Origin: Podarcis vaucheri | Taxonomy: Eukaryota | Assembly: GCA_965113315.1 (NCBI GenBank) | Contig: OZ220377.1 | Length of the DNA: 64,000 nucleotides | Reading direction: 5' to 3' (one strand) | Shown here: positions 24,201-38,017 of the stretch, one piece after another | Position numbering within the stretch: the stretch's first letter is position 1 | How the letters are laid out: every line of letters starts with the position of its first letter | Translations under genes and position numbers: made by a program | The notes under the pieces: generated by a model | Told to the model about the DNA's origin: nothing | What the model saw: only the letters and a program-made list of their open reading frames with translations | Database searches by the model: none

Positions 24201-27200
24201 GTGATGGTCCTATTGTCATCGTGCTCTACTGTGCTGTTGATGTCTGGCTCAAGAATAGGAGGGCGACATTCCATGATCTTGCAAGTGTACACACAGCGCT
24301 TCCGAGCATCCGTTGTGCTCCAGTACACTCGAGAGCACCTGGGAAAACATTTAAGAGTTACAACATCTACACAGAGCTGTGCATGCCTGCAAAAGCCCTT
24401 CCCTGGGGCAAGAGGAGAAGGAAGGCCAAAGACTTCCTGGGTGATCCTCACAGCATCTTCCAGGGAAAATCACATGGATTCTGCTGCTGCTGCTGCCGCC
24501 TATTCAGGAGACAGCTCCTACTTACTGATAACCAATGGGGAACAGCTTGTCTTCACAGTCAGACAGATCGCTCAGAATCCCGAGGCAGTCAATCGTCATG
24601 GACCCTACAAGAAAACCAAAGAGGCAAAAGTTCTGTGTGAGGAAGGCAGCAACTAAATTCCACTAGGCACATTGCCAAGGCCAGAGGCAGAGGGCCCTCA
24701 CCAATCATCATGTGGATGTTCTCTGGCTCCAGACCATGAAGAAACCTTCGTCTCAAGCTAATCCCTTCAAAATCCACAAAGACTCTTCTTAGGACTTCAA
24801 AGCCATTCTCGGGAACCACCTACAGCAAGCACACACAAAAAGAGGCCTATACAGTATTAAGGTGAAAACACACAGCCTGAGCTGAGAAGAGCAGGGAAAT
24901 GGGGAGGGGGGGAGTACAGCTGGGCAAAGGCCTGGGGGTGGTGGCTGGGCTCACCTCTCCTTTGATCAGGTCCCGGTGTCGCTGGCAGTAGACTTTCTTA
25001 TCCTCCAGGAAGACACAGTTCTTGGCCCGGGAGCACATGAAGTGATAGTTGCTTGTGCAGGAGGTCAGGCAGCAGCCCACTGTGGCACCTGACTTCAGGC
25101 AAAATTCACATCTCTGCAAGGTTTGAGGGTTGGGTTTTTAGGGAAAGCATCTTGTTGTTATGGCCAATGGCCTAAACAAATAAACTGGACTAGTGCAGCA
25201 CTGTCAAAAGACGCAACACCCCTAATATGTTTATCTATGACATGCATATCAGATTGCCAACAAACAAAGAGAAAGCAACAGAACTGCTGCTGTTCCACCA
25301 CTCATTTAGCAAACACAATTCATCTTGTCCAAAACAACCTGTTAGTAATCTGAGTGCAGCCTTTTTTCATTGTTGTTCATTTACAAACTCACACATTGTC
25401 TGGACTTCCCAATTTAATTCCAATTCAGGAGAAAGGTGGTTTTTTAAAACAGTTTAGAGCAATTTCTGAGCATGCAAAAGGGATCAGTGATTGATTAAGA
25501 ACACGAAAAAGCTGCCACAGCCAATAGCCACAACTGCTGGCAGTTGCAGGACAGCAGCCCAAGCTGGCCACCTGTGATTGTGACTTCCTACACTTCAGGC
25601 CACAGAGAGTCCACAGATGACACCCCTTCCTAATCATTACAAGGGGACGCGGGCACTTGCTCACATCTGTCTGCTGCAGAAGCCAGGTGATGATCTGGTT
25701 CACATGCCACTATAATAGAGCTGCTTGTGAATGTCCAAGTAACCAGTGCTTTTGATTCTTTGCAGTCTGGAACTGCTGGAAGCTGAATTCAAGGATCTCT
25801 GTCTTTTTCAGATACAACATCCTGTGAAGCCCATTACTTCAACTGTGGAGAATCATGTGAGGCTTTTGCTCTTTTTTAAGTTGAGCCATTAACGTCAAGC
25901 ATGAGCTGTCTCTCCATGGAGACATGCTGTGGGCTTTCCAATATTCTTCTTTGCTGTTGTAACAGCAGAAGAGAAACATTTTAGCTGCTTTTGAAATGTA
26001 AATCCTCATTCCTGGACAGACTCCTGAGCCCAACCTGTTCCTACTCACCAGCTGTTTCCCTCTGATCACTGCCACGTGCACATTCTTCAGGGAGCCATCG
26101 TCATCTTCAAAAACTTCAGCGGACCACAGGGCACAGTTCACATGGGTCCACTCATTCTGGCCGATGTAGAGGAGACGGCCAGCATCCTGCAAGACAGCAG
26201 AAGGCCACCAGAAACACTCAGAAATCAGTCAAGTGCACTCCCCACCCCACAACTGCTGGGCACATGTTGCAGCAGCCACAGTGAAACAAAAGCTGGCAAA
26301 CATAAAGGTGGCTCATGGAATCAGACAGTTTAAAGGGTCTTTCCAGCTGTCTAGGCCAACCCTCTGCTCAGAACAGAACATCCAGTGCTAGGTTATTATT
26401 ATGATTTATTATTTTTTTATATTGCCCTTTGCATTCCCAGCAGATAGGGCTCTCCAGCCCCTGCTCAAAGACCTCTAGAGAGAGGGAGTATTTCACCACC
26501 CCTCCATTGTCCAGCTGCTCTTACTGTCAAGAAATTTCCTCTATTGTTCAATCCAAATCTACCCTCCTGTAACTTAAGTCTATGAGATATAACACTTTGA
26601 CCCCTGGAGTCATAGAGAACAAGCCTTTGCGAACTCTTGCATGTGACACAGCACATTCAAGGATTTGTAGAGTGCTATTGGGTTCCATCTCAGTTTTCTC
26701 TTCGCTCAGCTAAGCATAACTGGTTCCTTATATATGACTTGTCTTCCATACTTCTGACCATCTTTGCTATCTTCCTCTGATCCCATCCCAATTTGTCTAC
26801 ATCCTCCTTGATATGTGGTGCCAGAAATGAACATAGTACTCCAGATGAGGTCTGACTAGTGCAGAATAAAGTCAGCTATTCCTTCTTGTGACGTGATGAT
26901 GGCTCTGTTAATGTGGACTAAGATCTCACTGCAGCCACATCACACCACTGACTTGTGTTCTGCTTGTGATAAGCTACAATCTTGAGATACTTTTCACATA
27001 CACTTCTGCTGGGCCATGTATTGCCCATTCTATCCTTGTGCATCTGATTCCACCCACACTGGTTCAGAACTTTGCATTTGTCTCTACTGAATTTCTTTTT
27101 GTTGGGTTCTGCCTATTTTCCCTTCCGTCTTTTGGAGTCCTAGCTCTCCCTCAAAGTTCAGTGCCATTTGGAACTCTGGTAAGGATTTCCTCTATGACCT

Positions 27201-30200
27201 CATCCAATATTTAAATCCTTATCAGATTTCCAGTTCACACCAAAAGTCATTGATTGTTGGAAGAATGCCAGGCCCAGAACAGAAGCCTGCAGCACTCCAC
27301 TCAAAACATCCCTCAAGTTTCATGAGGAAACAATGAAAAGTGTCTCTTAACAGGGCACTTTTCTAACCAGCTGTGAAACCACCGGATATTATCACCTGTC
27401 CCCATTTACAGAGTTTGCTAATCAAAATATCACAAGGAGCTTTGTAAAATGCTTTGCTGTTATCAGCTAAATTATGCCGCAGCATTTCCACAATTCACCA
27501 AGATAGTAACCTGCTTTTGTTTTTTTAAGAAAGGTAATATTAGTCTGGCTCAGCTGGACTGAGTGTGCAACAAGGATCAAGCCTGCCTTTCAACCTTAAC
27601 TAGAACCAGAAGGCAAAGCCTCTACAGCTCATAACACACATTCTTGACAGAGCCACTTACATTCCCACCATCATCGCCATACTTCAAGCAAAGTGCACAC
27701 TGCCGGTTATCCTCCACATCTGGAGGAGGGGTAAGTTCTGGGCTGTCCTCCAAGCTTCTGTCAGAACCTCAGAACAGAGAGAGAAAGAGAGAGAGAGAAA
27801 GGACTGATCACTCCTGAGAAACAATGTTTGGAAGAAAATGTGGGCTGGGAACTGTTTACTGGAGAATAAAGTAGCTTGCAAATGCCCAGAGCAGCAAACA
27901 ATTTCAGCTGCTCGCTTGAATTGAAAAGGTTTTACTTCACTTTAAAATAAAACACAATTTAACCAACCATGCAGATGTAAGGGGGAGGCAGAGAAAGAGG
28001 CTTGGTTCAGACTTCGAAGTCCTGGCAGATGGTGGGTAAGGCAAAGAGCCTCTCTGTACCTGACTCTGGCTGGCCCAGACTTTCCCCAGGGTCTAAAGCC
28101 TGCCTCCCCCAGTGTCAGCCTCATTCCCTAGCACTTCCCCCAGACAAAAAGGCTCAGTTTCTCACTGGATATAGGTGGTGTAGAAGGATGCAGTGGAGTT
28201 GGGGAGTCTGGCTCTCCAGGACCTTTGGGTTTTGGTGCTGGAATGATTTTCTTCATAAGAGGAGGTTGTTGAGCACAACTGTTTTCTTCACGCTCCTGCC
28301 ACTGTGCGTAGTTATGGTCGAGTGATGGCGGCAAGACAGCATTAGGCAGCATCCCACTGCTAGAAATGAACAAAAGGTAGCATCAGACTTGGTTGCACCT
28401 AGGAGGCCCCAACTATAGCCCTTAGGCAGGTAAAGCTCCCTCATTCACTGCAAAGCAGTCTCTGCAGGGCAAGGGGCAGGACTAAGACACAGATTGGTAC
28501 AGGAAGGACCACAACCCACTTCTACTTTCTAGATCAGGAACTAATTGCAGCCAGTTGCTTTGAGAAGCAGGAGAGGCCCATCTGGAAATTCAATTCTGAT
28601 CTTCTTTCCAAGGGGCAAGAGCGCTGGCACCACCTTTGGCTGAAACAGGCAGGTCAATTACAGCAAGTGAGTGCTGGAAGTGGAACAAGTTACTTACTTG
28701 GTTGTAACTTTATTAGGTTCCCAAAATCTTGATTTCTTTACACTGAACCATGGAAAAACGCGTTCCATTTGCTTAAAAACAAACAAAACACCCACAAATG
28801 TATTAGAAATGCTTTACAGGACTCAACACTAAACACTTGAAGAAGTCTACTGTCCAAGATCTCTGCAAATTTACAGTCAGGAATGATTTATTATGGACTT
28901 AAAGGTCTGTCCAGACAAGATCCTAATTTGTTTCACAGACAGCCACACAGTAGCTTGAACAGAAATATGGGCTCCTTGGGGAGTATTAAAGATGCAACTT
29001 CAGTGCACCAGTTGCCAATTTATTGAAAATAAGATGCAGCTTGGCTTACCCGAATGAAGAAGGACTTCACCATGCTGTTGGCCTTCTTAAGTTCTGGCTG
29101 CCCTCCATCAGCATTAATGGCTGCTTGGATTATCTTTACAATATCATCACTAAACTCCAGCTGCAAGATAGACACACACAGAAATCAGCTTCCTATCCTC
29201 TTCTCTGATATACTTTATCCAGCCCTCTTCCCCATCCATGGGTGCTGAACATCAAGTGGCAGAAGTTCACCTTTTCCTATTCAATTTTTGAACTCCTTTT
29301 TATTCCCTGCCTATGTTTCAGAAGAGCAGCATGGCCAACATAAAACACTGTAGCGTGGCCAAAACATCCATGCACCTTCAAGGTACAAGGGGGGAATTTC
29401 TAGCAAAAATGTAGCATTTTAGGACCACCTCAATGCAGTTCACAACAGCAAATTGATTTGTATATCCCATCATTTCCTTCTCCTTATGGAAGCTATGAGG
29501 AAAGCAAGAAGGAGATGCTGACTGAATTGTTAACGCACCACAGAAATGTAGCCTCCTTGCTCCATTTTTCTTTTCACTCCTTCCAGGTCCAGCAGCTGCT
29601 GTTCTTCTTGCTTGCTGACTTCAGTGAGCACAGGAGGGTCTGGGCCTTCTGGGGAACTTCGGGATGGGACGCTCTCTTCCGTCTCAGGATTTAAGTCAGG
29701 GGGTTTGGCCGCCTGGAGACACAACGGTAAGAGAGTACAACAGTTTCTGAGCCCAGCACAAAGCATTTCTCTAGTAGGTCTGTGGATAGAGGTCAAGAGC
29801 CAAAGAGCCTGCAGAATCAGCCCAATAGTCTCCATCTAGTCCAACATTCTGTTCTGGTGGTGGCCAACCAGATGCCTTTGGGAAGCCTGGAAGCCCTACC
29901 TGAGCACAAGGATCTAGTTGACTGAAAGGAGGTGCAGAAAAGTACAGCATAACAGAGGATTGGAGGAGACAAGCCCCCTTCATGTCTGAATTGTGTGAGG
30001 GGGCAACATGTCTTGGAAGGGGCTGCACTGCACCCCAGGACACCAAGTTTGGCCCTCACATTCACACCATAGGTGGGAGCATCTGCAGGGGAAATGCCTC
30101 TACGTGAGCTGGAACCTTGGTAATACCCAGCAGAGCTCTAGACACAGACATCCACATCTAATGCATGAATCCTGAAGCCCTTGGAGGCAGAGCCCTGCAG

Positions 30201-33200
30201 GCCTTTTCTGGCTATAGTCTCCTTGGTTGGAAAAAAGGCTTAGGGGAAACAAAAACAGCAGAAAGGGCGTGATGGAAGTTTATACAACCTTGAGTGGTGC
30301 AGAAAGCACGAAAGGGGGAAGTATTTCTTTTCAAGGCCCAAAATAACAGTTAGCAGTCAAGACACAGTCAAGGTAGTAATAATAAACACAAGGAGAGGTC
30401 CACGGTGAATGGCTCTTACGGAGGGGTCCTTCTTGGATATGGAGCAAGGGCCACAAGTGAGGCCACAGAGAAGGGCAGCCAGTGCTGTGCAAGCTTGACC
30501 AATGGCCTGGCCCAGGTCAGGCAGATACAGATGTTCCTACAGACTCCCTCCTGCCTGGAACATACTCCCTCTCACATGCTGTCAATTAGCTAGGCAGAGT
30601 GGTAGCCATTGCCATATGGGTTCTGCTCATGTTATGGGTTCCTCTGTGATATCCATTGCAAGACAGAATATCAAACATTTGGTTGGAACCTTTGGCTTGT
30701 CACCCTCTCTCCCTCTCCCCACCCCCTCCCACACACACCTGGCACTGCATTTCTAATGCCCCTTTTCTTCTAGAAACGCTAGGAAGAATATTGTGCTTTG
30801 AAGTCCAACAGCACCACTCTGAGCAGCCAGAATTCAGGTACATTTGTATGGTTTTTAGAAGGAGAGGGAGGCCCACCTGTCTATAACGCAGCAAATGGCT
30901 GGATGTCCTGGAATTTAGTAGGGCTGTTAGAACCTGCTTCAAAGAAAGCTGCAGCTCTTTCTCCAGTGCTAGCCGCCATTCAGCAGGAGGTTGTTCTGTG
31001 CAGTTAATGCAGGTGTAAGCCACACTCTCTGGCAGGTTGGAGAGGATCTCGTACATCTCATCTGAAGGTAGACAGGGCAAGCATTAGGGGCAGAGGGCAA
31101 GCCTCAGGAGGCTAAAAGTGTCAGATCTGTGGGGGATCTGGCAGCATGGTAGGAGGTTACATCGTGCAAAGGGGCTCAGCTGTAGGGATTCCAATGCCTG
31201 TCTTGGGAAGTGTGTCTCTCTGCACACTCTCAGGAACCCACAGCACAACTGCTGCCTGCAAAGCTGAGCTCCAAAGTCCACAGCTAAGCACGATTAGCTC
31301 AGGATATTCAGCTCCTTGGCTTCTGCACCCTAGTCCAAGAAGAAACAACCCACCCCTTAGACCAAAATGAAATTGCAAAAAGGATCTCAAGCACAAGGTT
31401 CCTGGTTGTAAATGTTCATCCTACTCCTCCATATATGCAGGGTTGGAAGCAGTCCTCACCTGAGAGGTTTTCACACTTGGAGTGGACCCAGCGGTCACAT
31501 TTCCCACACTGCATCATTTTGCTCTCATAGTCATCGTCATCGTAGCATTTGTCACAGACGGGGCAGAAGTTCCCTACAAGCAAAACAGAGAGCCGGTCCA
31601 GATCTCCCACCATCAGTATACAAAGCCAAACACTCAGGGCTGGCTAGCAGTCAGGGGACTCCACGCAAAGGGCAAGACTGCTATCAGTCACTGCCACTGT
31701 TAACAGCCAGCAGCAAGTACTATACTTGCCCCCTTTGAGTGTGTAGGTGCTCCCTGCTGCTGTCCCCCGCTTCCCTAGAGGAAGTACTGGAATTTAGCAA
31801 AGCAAGGGCTGCATCTGCACATGGAACTGCAGCTGCCAGCATTTCCCAGGCCATTCAGCATGATACAGCATACTTCCGCAGCAGACCAGACCTATCATGC
31901 ACCCAGTCTCTCCACACCTTTAGCGAAGAGTTTGGCACAATCGTGACACAGAGAGAAGTCGTGAGACCATTGGGCATCCCACCCTTTGCCTGGCGTTGTC
32001 GCTCCACAGCTCTTGCAGCGGACACATTTCGTGCAGATCTGGAAAGACAGACAAGGAATAAAGGGCTGCACAGCCTCTCTCTGGGATCATAGGATTCAGT
32101 CATAGCAGGCACCAAAGATGCTTCCCTCTACGGGTGAGCCATGGAACAGAAAACCATGCCTCAGCCTGCCTCTTTCGCAATGGCCAGTTGATGGGGTTGC
32201 CATATCCAGCAGTTTATGATTCAGACCGATTTTATTGCATATCCTTGTAAACAATGGACCACTTTCAACATCAGGCTAAGACATCTGGCAGTCTGATTAT
32301 AGTAAGAGGGGAAGGTATCCCTGCCTTACAAGTGTCCCCACGATGCAACAGAACTCACCCAAACCTTCTTTTTCTTCGTAGGTTTTGTTGGGTAATTTGG
32401 TCCCAGGCACTCTGGGTGATAGCTGTTTCGGCACTTGTTACACTCCAGCAACTGCTATGGAAACATGGAAAACAGCAGCAAGTCAAGCCTAGATGCTCCA
32501 GTAGTTGCTTTAGATCAGAGCTTTCCAAACTGTGTCTCATGACACATTAGTGTGTCAGCTGCTGTGTGTAGGTGTGTTGTACGAACACTCCCCATGCTTT
32601 TCCCGGGGCTGGAAAGGGGATAGTTTAACCTCCAGTTTGCTAGTAAAACTGAATTACTATGTTGCAAAATGATGTATGTCTAAAAAGTGTGTCACCAACA
32701 TGAAAAGTTTGGAAAGCTCTGCTTTAGACATTTGATGACTCCTAGTTCAACATGAGGAAGCTGTGTTGGGGAAACTTAGCATCCCTGGCGGCCATCCCTT
32801 ACAATGCCACAAACCCCACATTCCAGAGGAACAAAAGGAGACAGGCAAGCTCATCAAGGGACTCCGACTACCTTGGTGGCCTGATGCTGCCTCCCACACA
32901 CATGGCAGAACTTGCAGCGACGACAGCACCAGTTTTCCAACTGGTCCTCCAGGGGGCGCTCACTGTCCTCCAAACAGAACTTGTGGAAAGGCTCACAGCA
33001 CACCTGGCAATACACAAACTACAAGGGAAGGAGCAAGTCAGTAGGTCAGCCACATCCTGCAGCAGTTGTGCACTTCAACTATTTGCCCATCAGCTTGCCC
33101 TGGATGGCTGGCTCCAGAGGGAGAGGGAGGAGGAGGAGGAGAAAGTCTTTGGTCACCCCACCCTCATGGTTTGGTCCCCAGTTTCACATAACAGTTGCTT

Positions 33201-36200
33201 CAAAGAGGCTTAGAGAGCCCTCTTCCACCACCAAGTTCCGCACCATTTGTCTGTGGGCTGTTTTATCTCCAGAGCCCCTCTGCAAGAGCAGCATGTATTA
33301 GTGAAGCTACAAAAGGTCAACTGGTGCCTAGAGACATAAGTGCTTATCTGACACCACACCTCCTGCTTTGAGAGGTAGGTAAAGAAGCATTTCGAATGGT
33401 AGTTGAAGCTGCAGCTCTAACTGATGGCCTTTATTCAGGATTCAATTCCAGCTTCAGATTTCCTTTAGTTTTAGGTAGCTGAAATAATATCTCACAAACA
33501 CATACACCAAACAACTTGGTGTGGACTGTCCCTGTGGGACCTCACCCTTACCTCCACATGCCCACTGCTGGCACAGAGGAAGCAGACCACCCTGGGAGTT
33601 ATCGGGACAGAGGTCAGGATACCCAAACCGCCCATTTCCCAAACGTTCTCAGCCTCACAGTCCTCCTAAAAAACACAAAAGGAAGAACATGGAAAGGGAA
33701 TTATCCTTACACCAGGCCCAGGGGTGGTGGAAATGACAAGAACTGGAGCAAAGCAGGAAGATCCTGTACACATCACTATGAAAATGTTTTGTTTGTCAAA
33801 GCTTTTGTTATATACAAAGGAATGTGCTGGATGGAGTTACTTAACCTCGGTTCTCTCTACACCAGTGATACATACCTAGACATCTTCTAAAAGGCACGTG
33901 CCAGCAGTATATGCATGCCAATGTACTGCCTAACTAATACTGTTGCTAACAATAAAGACTCTCCTTGGGCATTAAGAGCCTCAGGAGGCTGCCTCGGTTT
34001 ACGGAAACTGCTGGTATTCCCTTTTGTATTCATCACTCTTTCTCATCCTCCTGTGTGCTATCTTAAGAAGCAACAGGCTCTACAGAAAACTAAACAACTT
34101 TCGCCAGAACAGCTCTTTGTAGAAATATGGGAGTTTCAAGGAAGAGATGTCGCCACATCCTACAAACCCCCAAGGCCAGGTTTCTGGTGGAGAAAGGCAG
34201 GGGCACCTCCCCAAACCACCCTGTTACCTTGAAGTCTACTCGGATCCTGTGGACTCCATCTATGATGGGTTTCTGTTTGGAGCTGTTCCCATTTGATAAA
34301 GTGCTCAACAGGTTGAGGGTACCATTATCTGGCTTGCTGACTGGGGGTGGTCTCTCCTGGTGAAAGAGGGCAAAAAAATGGCATTTTCTTTGCTCAAGCA
34401 GCAGAAGGAAAACCAGCATTCAATATATATGCAGTTAGTTATGGGCTGGAATCTAAGGAGGACTCTCTTCTTTCACATTTTGAAAAGCAAAGAGCAACAA
34501 GGGTTTCAGAAACTGGAAAGCAAAATCTGAAATTTTGAATTGGTCTGTCTTGTTTTGAAAGCAAACTCAATCCAGTAGGTATCCATCCCCAAACATGAAC
34601 TGGAATCTATTAGTGTTAAAAGGTGCATGGCCTTGTCTTTTCTGGGAGGAAAGGCCATTCCATGCACAAACTATTGGCGGCAGCGGGGGGGGGGGAGGGG
34701 AAAAAACCATAGTGAGAAACATCATCATCTGCACACCAACCTGAACTTTGGAGAGTCAAGCAAAATGACCCCTAAGAGCCTAGAGCCACTGTAAAAGCAA
34801 CCCATCTGTAGGTGATGCCATCACAGGGTCAGAACTTGTACCAAAGGGCATCCTCAACTTGTGCTGTCTTCATGGGCTCTCTAAAAGCCAGGAGAGCTAC
34901 ATGCAAGGAACCAACTATGAAGAAAGCTCTTTCTGTTCACTGGAGACATAGAGCAACTTGCAGGTTACCTTTTCTTTTGGCTTCTGTTTCACTGGTAAGC
35001 TTGGACGAGGAGTTATTTTCTTCTGTCTGCTTTGCTCGATCCCTAGGAAAAGTACAAATGCAGTTTGTTAAAAGCCAAGAGTTGCTTCTAGCAGTCAAAC
35101 AGAATTTGGGGACTTAAGGAGACAACAGCAACTTCTTAAGACGCTGTTGTGGAAAGCTGAAAACAAAACACAGTGAACTAGCAATTCCAATTTGTTAGGG
35201 AGGAGTGGGCACTATAGGATTTCCTGCAGCTCGCCAACCTGCCCAGGTGTGTCCAAGGCTGCTCTTTTCTGACCCACTTAAGAGCCCAATTAGTACAGAA
35301 GATGTGGTCACATCTCTTCCATGGAGTCCAGAGGTGGGCTGCTTGACTTTGCAGAGGCAGCTAACAACTACCTTTGCTGCAATTGAATACCTACCCACTT
35401 CTGGTGGTGGAGCTGCCTTCTTCTTGGGCTCAGCAGGGATGGTTTTGGGGGCTTCCTTTTTTGGTGGGCCTGTACTAGGCGGTGGGGTGGGAGGCACCTG
35501 TGTGGGGGGTGGTGCCTGCTGCTTGCCAGCCTTCCGGGCTGCAGGGGGAGGGGCCTGCTTGGTGTCTGGGGGAGGCGGAGTCAGGGGTGGTGGGCCCTCC
35601 TCACTCTTCTCCTCACTGGGCTTCCGGGCAGGTTCACTGCCCCTTTTGGAGGCATGATCCTCTTTCGCCAAGGTGAGCTGAGGAGCAGCTGCTTTCTGTC
35701 CAGCCTCTGGCTGGCTCTTCCCAGCATGGATCTCTTTCTTTTCACTGGACTTGGATTTCTTCTCTTTCTTTTTCACAGCTGTAAAGCAAAAGCAGCACCT
35801 CAGATGCAATGACTGATAGCGCAGCCTATGGCACTGGCCTCCCCCAAGTGACCGACAGCCAGAGGGGAGGGTGGTGCCTAAGGAGGATACGCCAGCCTGC
35901 CCACACTGCCTAGATGGAGCTGAGGCTGAGGCTGAAGCAAAGACTCTGCAGCTGTTAACTATGCCTTTCTCTCCCCATCGCAATAGAAATAAGGAAAAAA
36001 AGGCACCTACCTTTGGCTTGCTTCTGGAGATAGGCTTTTGATGGCATCCACTGCAAATTCTGACACTTCCTCATCCTAGGGGGGAATAAAGGAAGGAGTG
36101 GCAAGATGCATCACCCGTCACAAACAAGCCTTTGGATTCCCAGGCATGTTGCAGGCTGCTGCATCTCAAGTGGAAAGATATCTGCTTTGGAGCCATGCCA

Positions 36201-37977
36201 AAGTTCGAGATCAATGGCAGACCAATCTGGCTAAAAGGATGAGAAAGATCGCCCCAGCAACACCAACTCTGCTATGTCAGCCTTTCTGCTATGCCGAAAA
36301 GCAACTACTTTTGAAGCATCTTCAAAAAGCCTTACTTTCAAGATGCGAAGAAGATAACTGTTCTCCCTCTTTGTTTAAGATCTGAAACCTTGCTCTGAGG
36401 TTTGGCCAAGCCGCTGTGAGGAAGGCTGCTCAGAGGAAGCATGCTGTGGCACACATTCACCCAAGGGATCAACTCTCCACACTACACTTTAGTTTTCACG
36501 TTCAGCAGAATACACAGCAGGGTAAATCCAAAATCTGAAAAGGCTGAAGAAAAGAGGAGGTAGATCTCTCCACTGCCCCACCCAACCCTGTCCATTTCCC
36601 TGCCACTCTCTTGAGAGCCCCCAACTGCCACTTTGAACTCCAAGAGGAAGGAAAGGCAGCAGCCAAGCTCAGAGGATGACAAAGTCACTAGTCTTCTGCT
36701 CCTTAGCTCTTCTTTGATGCAAGTGAAAGGATCTTCCTCTGGCTAAATATTTTATAGGAAGACAGGGTAGAAGCACCATAAACCAACAACGGAGGGCCTT
36801 ATTCCCAGAGCAACGGGAGGGCAGGGGTGGGTTTCACACCCACACACTTACTTGCAGCACTGCTTCTTGATGTTCCGCCCACCAAACTTTGGCTTATCCA
36901 GGCAATTTGTGCAGACACCACAGTCCTCTGGGACCTGGCAGCCTGGGCACTGCCCACAGCGCCTTGACCGCCGGCCTTTCTTCACAGGGGGCTCCTGGGG
37001 GGCCTTGTTTCTGGTAACTGGCTTGATAGGTTTGATGGGAGGTGCAAGGGGCTCGGCATCTTCTGAACCTGCAACCGAGGACTTGTCTGTGAAATGAAAG
37101 ACCAGCTATTAATTCAGCAATCATTAAAGGAGAAGTGAGTCCTCAACAGAACTGACTTTGCTGGCCATCGCTGGTTTCTCAGAACAGCTTCACAGCGGGG
37201 CCCATCCAGATTTCCTAGAAACACAACTCCTTCATCCTACAGCCTCGCATACCTTCCCTTGCCACTGATGCACCCTTGGAGAAAACAGCATAAATTCAGA
37301 CACTTACCATCGTTCCCCATGGAAGACAGTATCTTCTCTCGTTCTTCCCATGGTAAGGCACTCAGAGTGGGCATGTCATCTGGAAAGACGGCTCGCTTGC
37401 GGCCTAGTGCTACAGCTGCCCTTCTGCAAACATGCTTTATGCGTGGCCCTCGCACAGAGGTCTCTGAAGAATCACTCTCTTGACCCTAAATTCCAAGCAG
37501 GGCAAGAACACAGGAAAAGGCTGTTAAGACACAATCAACCATCCCACAGGGAGTGATTCAAGTTCAAAAGTAAAAGCAGTTTGTCCAGCAGAAGGTTAAA
37601 GATCTCTGAACCTTCTCTAAATGTGTTTTCAAATGGAGGACACAACAGAAATCAGAAGTAGTTTTTTCTTCTAATGAACAGTAACCTTTTAAGTGTAAAA
37701 ATACTTAGCTAAGGCTAAGACTTGCAAAGAAAGGAACAATTCCTGCCACTACTTACATAAAATGCATCAAACAGCTAGTTATGCACCTCATGCGTGACCA
37801 AAAGCCAACCAAATCCTACACCTGTTAGAAAAGTGCAACAGCTTTGGGGAGACATCTGGTAACTGCCATGCATCCCTTGGCTGTTGTGTATTTGTTTGTA
37901 TGTGCGTGTGTGTATATGTCTGGCCAGGGTGGGTTGAGATTGTCTTTGGTAAAAGGAAAGTGGAAGCATGAATAATA

Positions 37978-38017
<40 letters not shown>

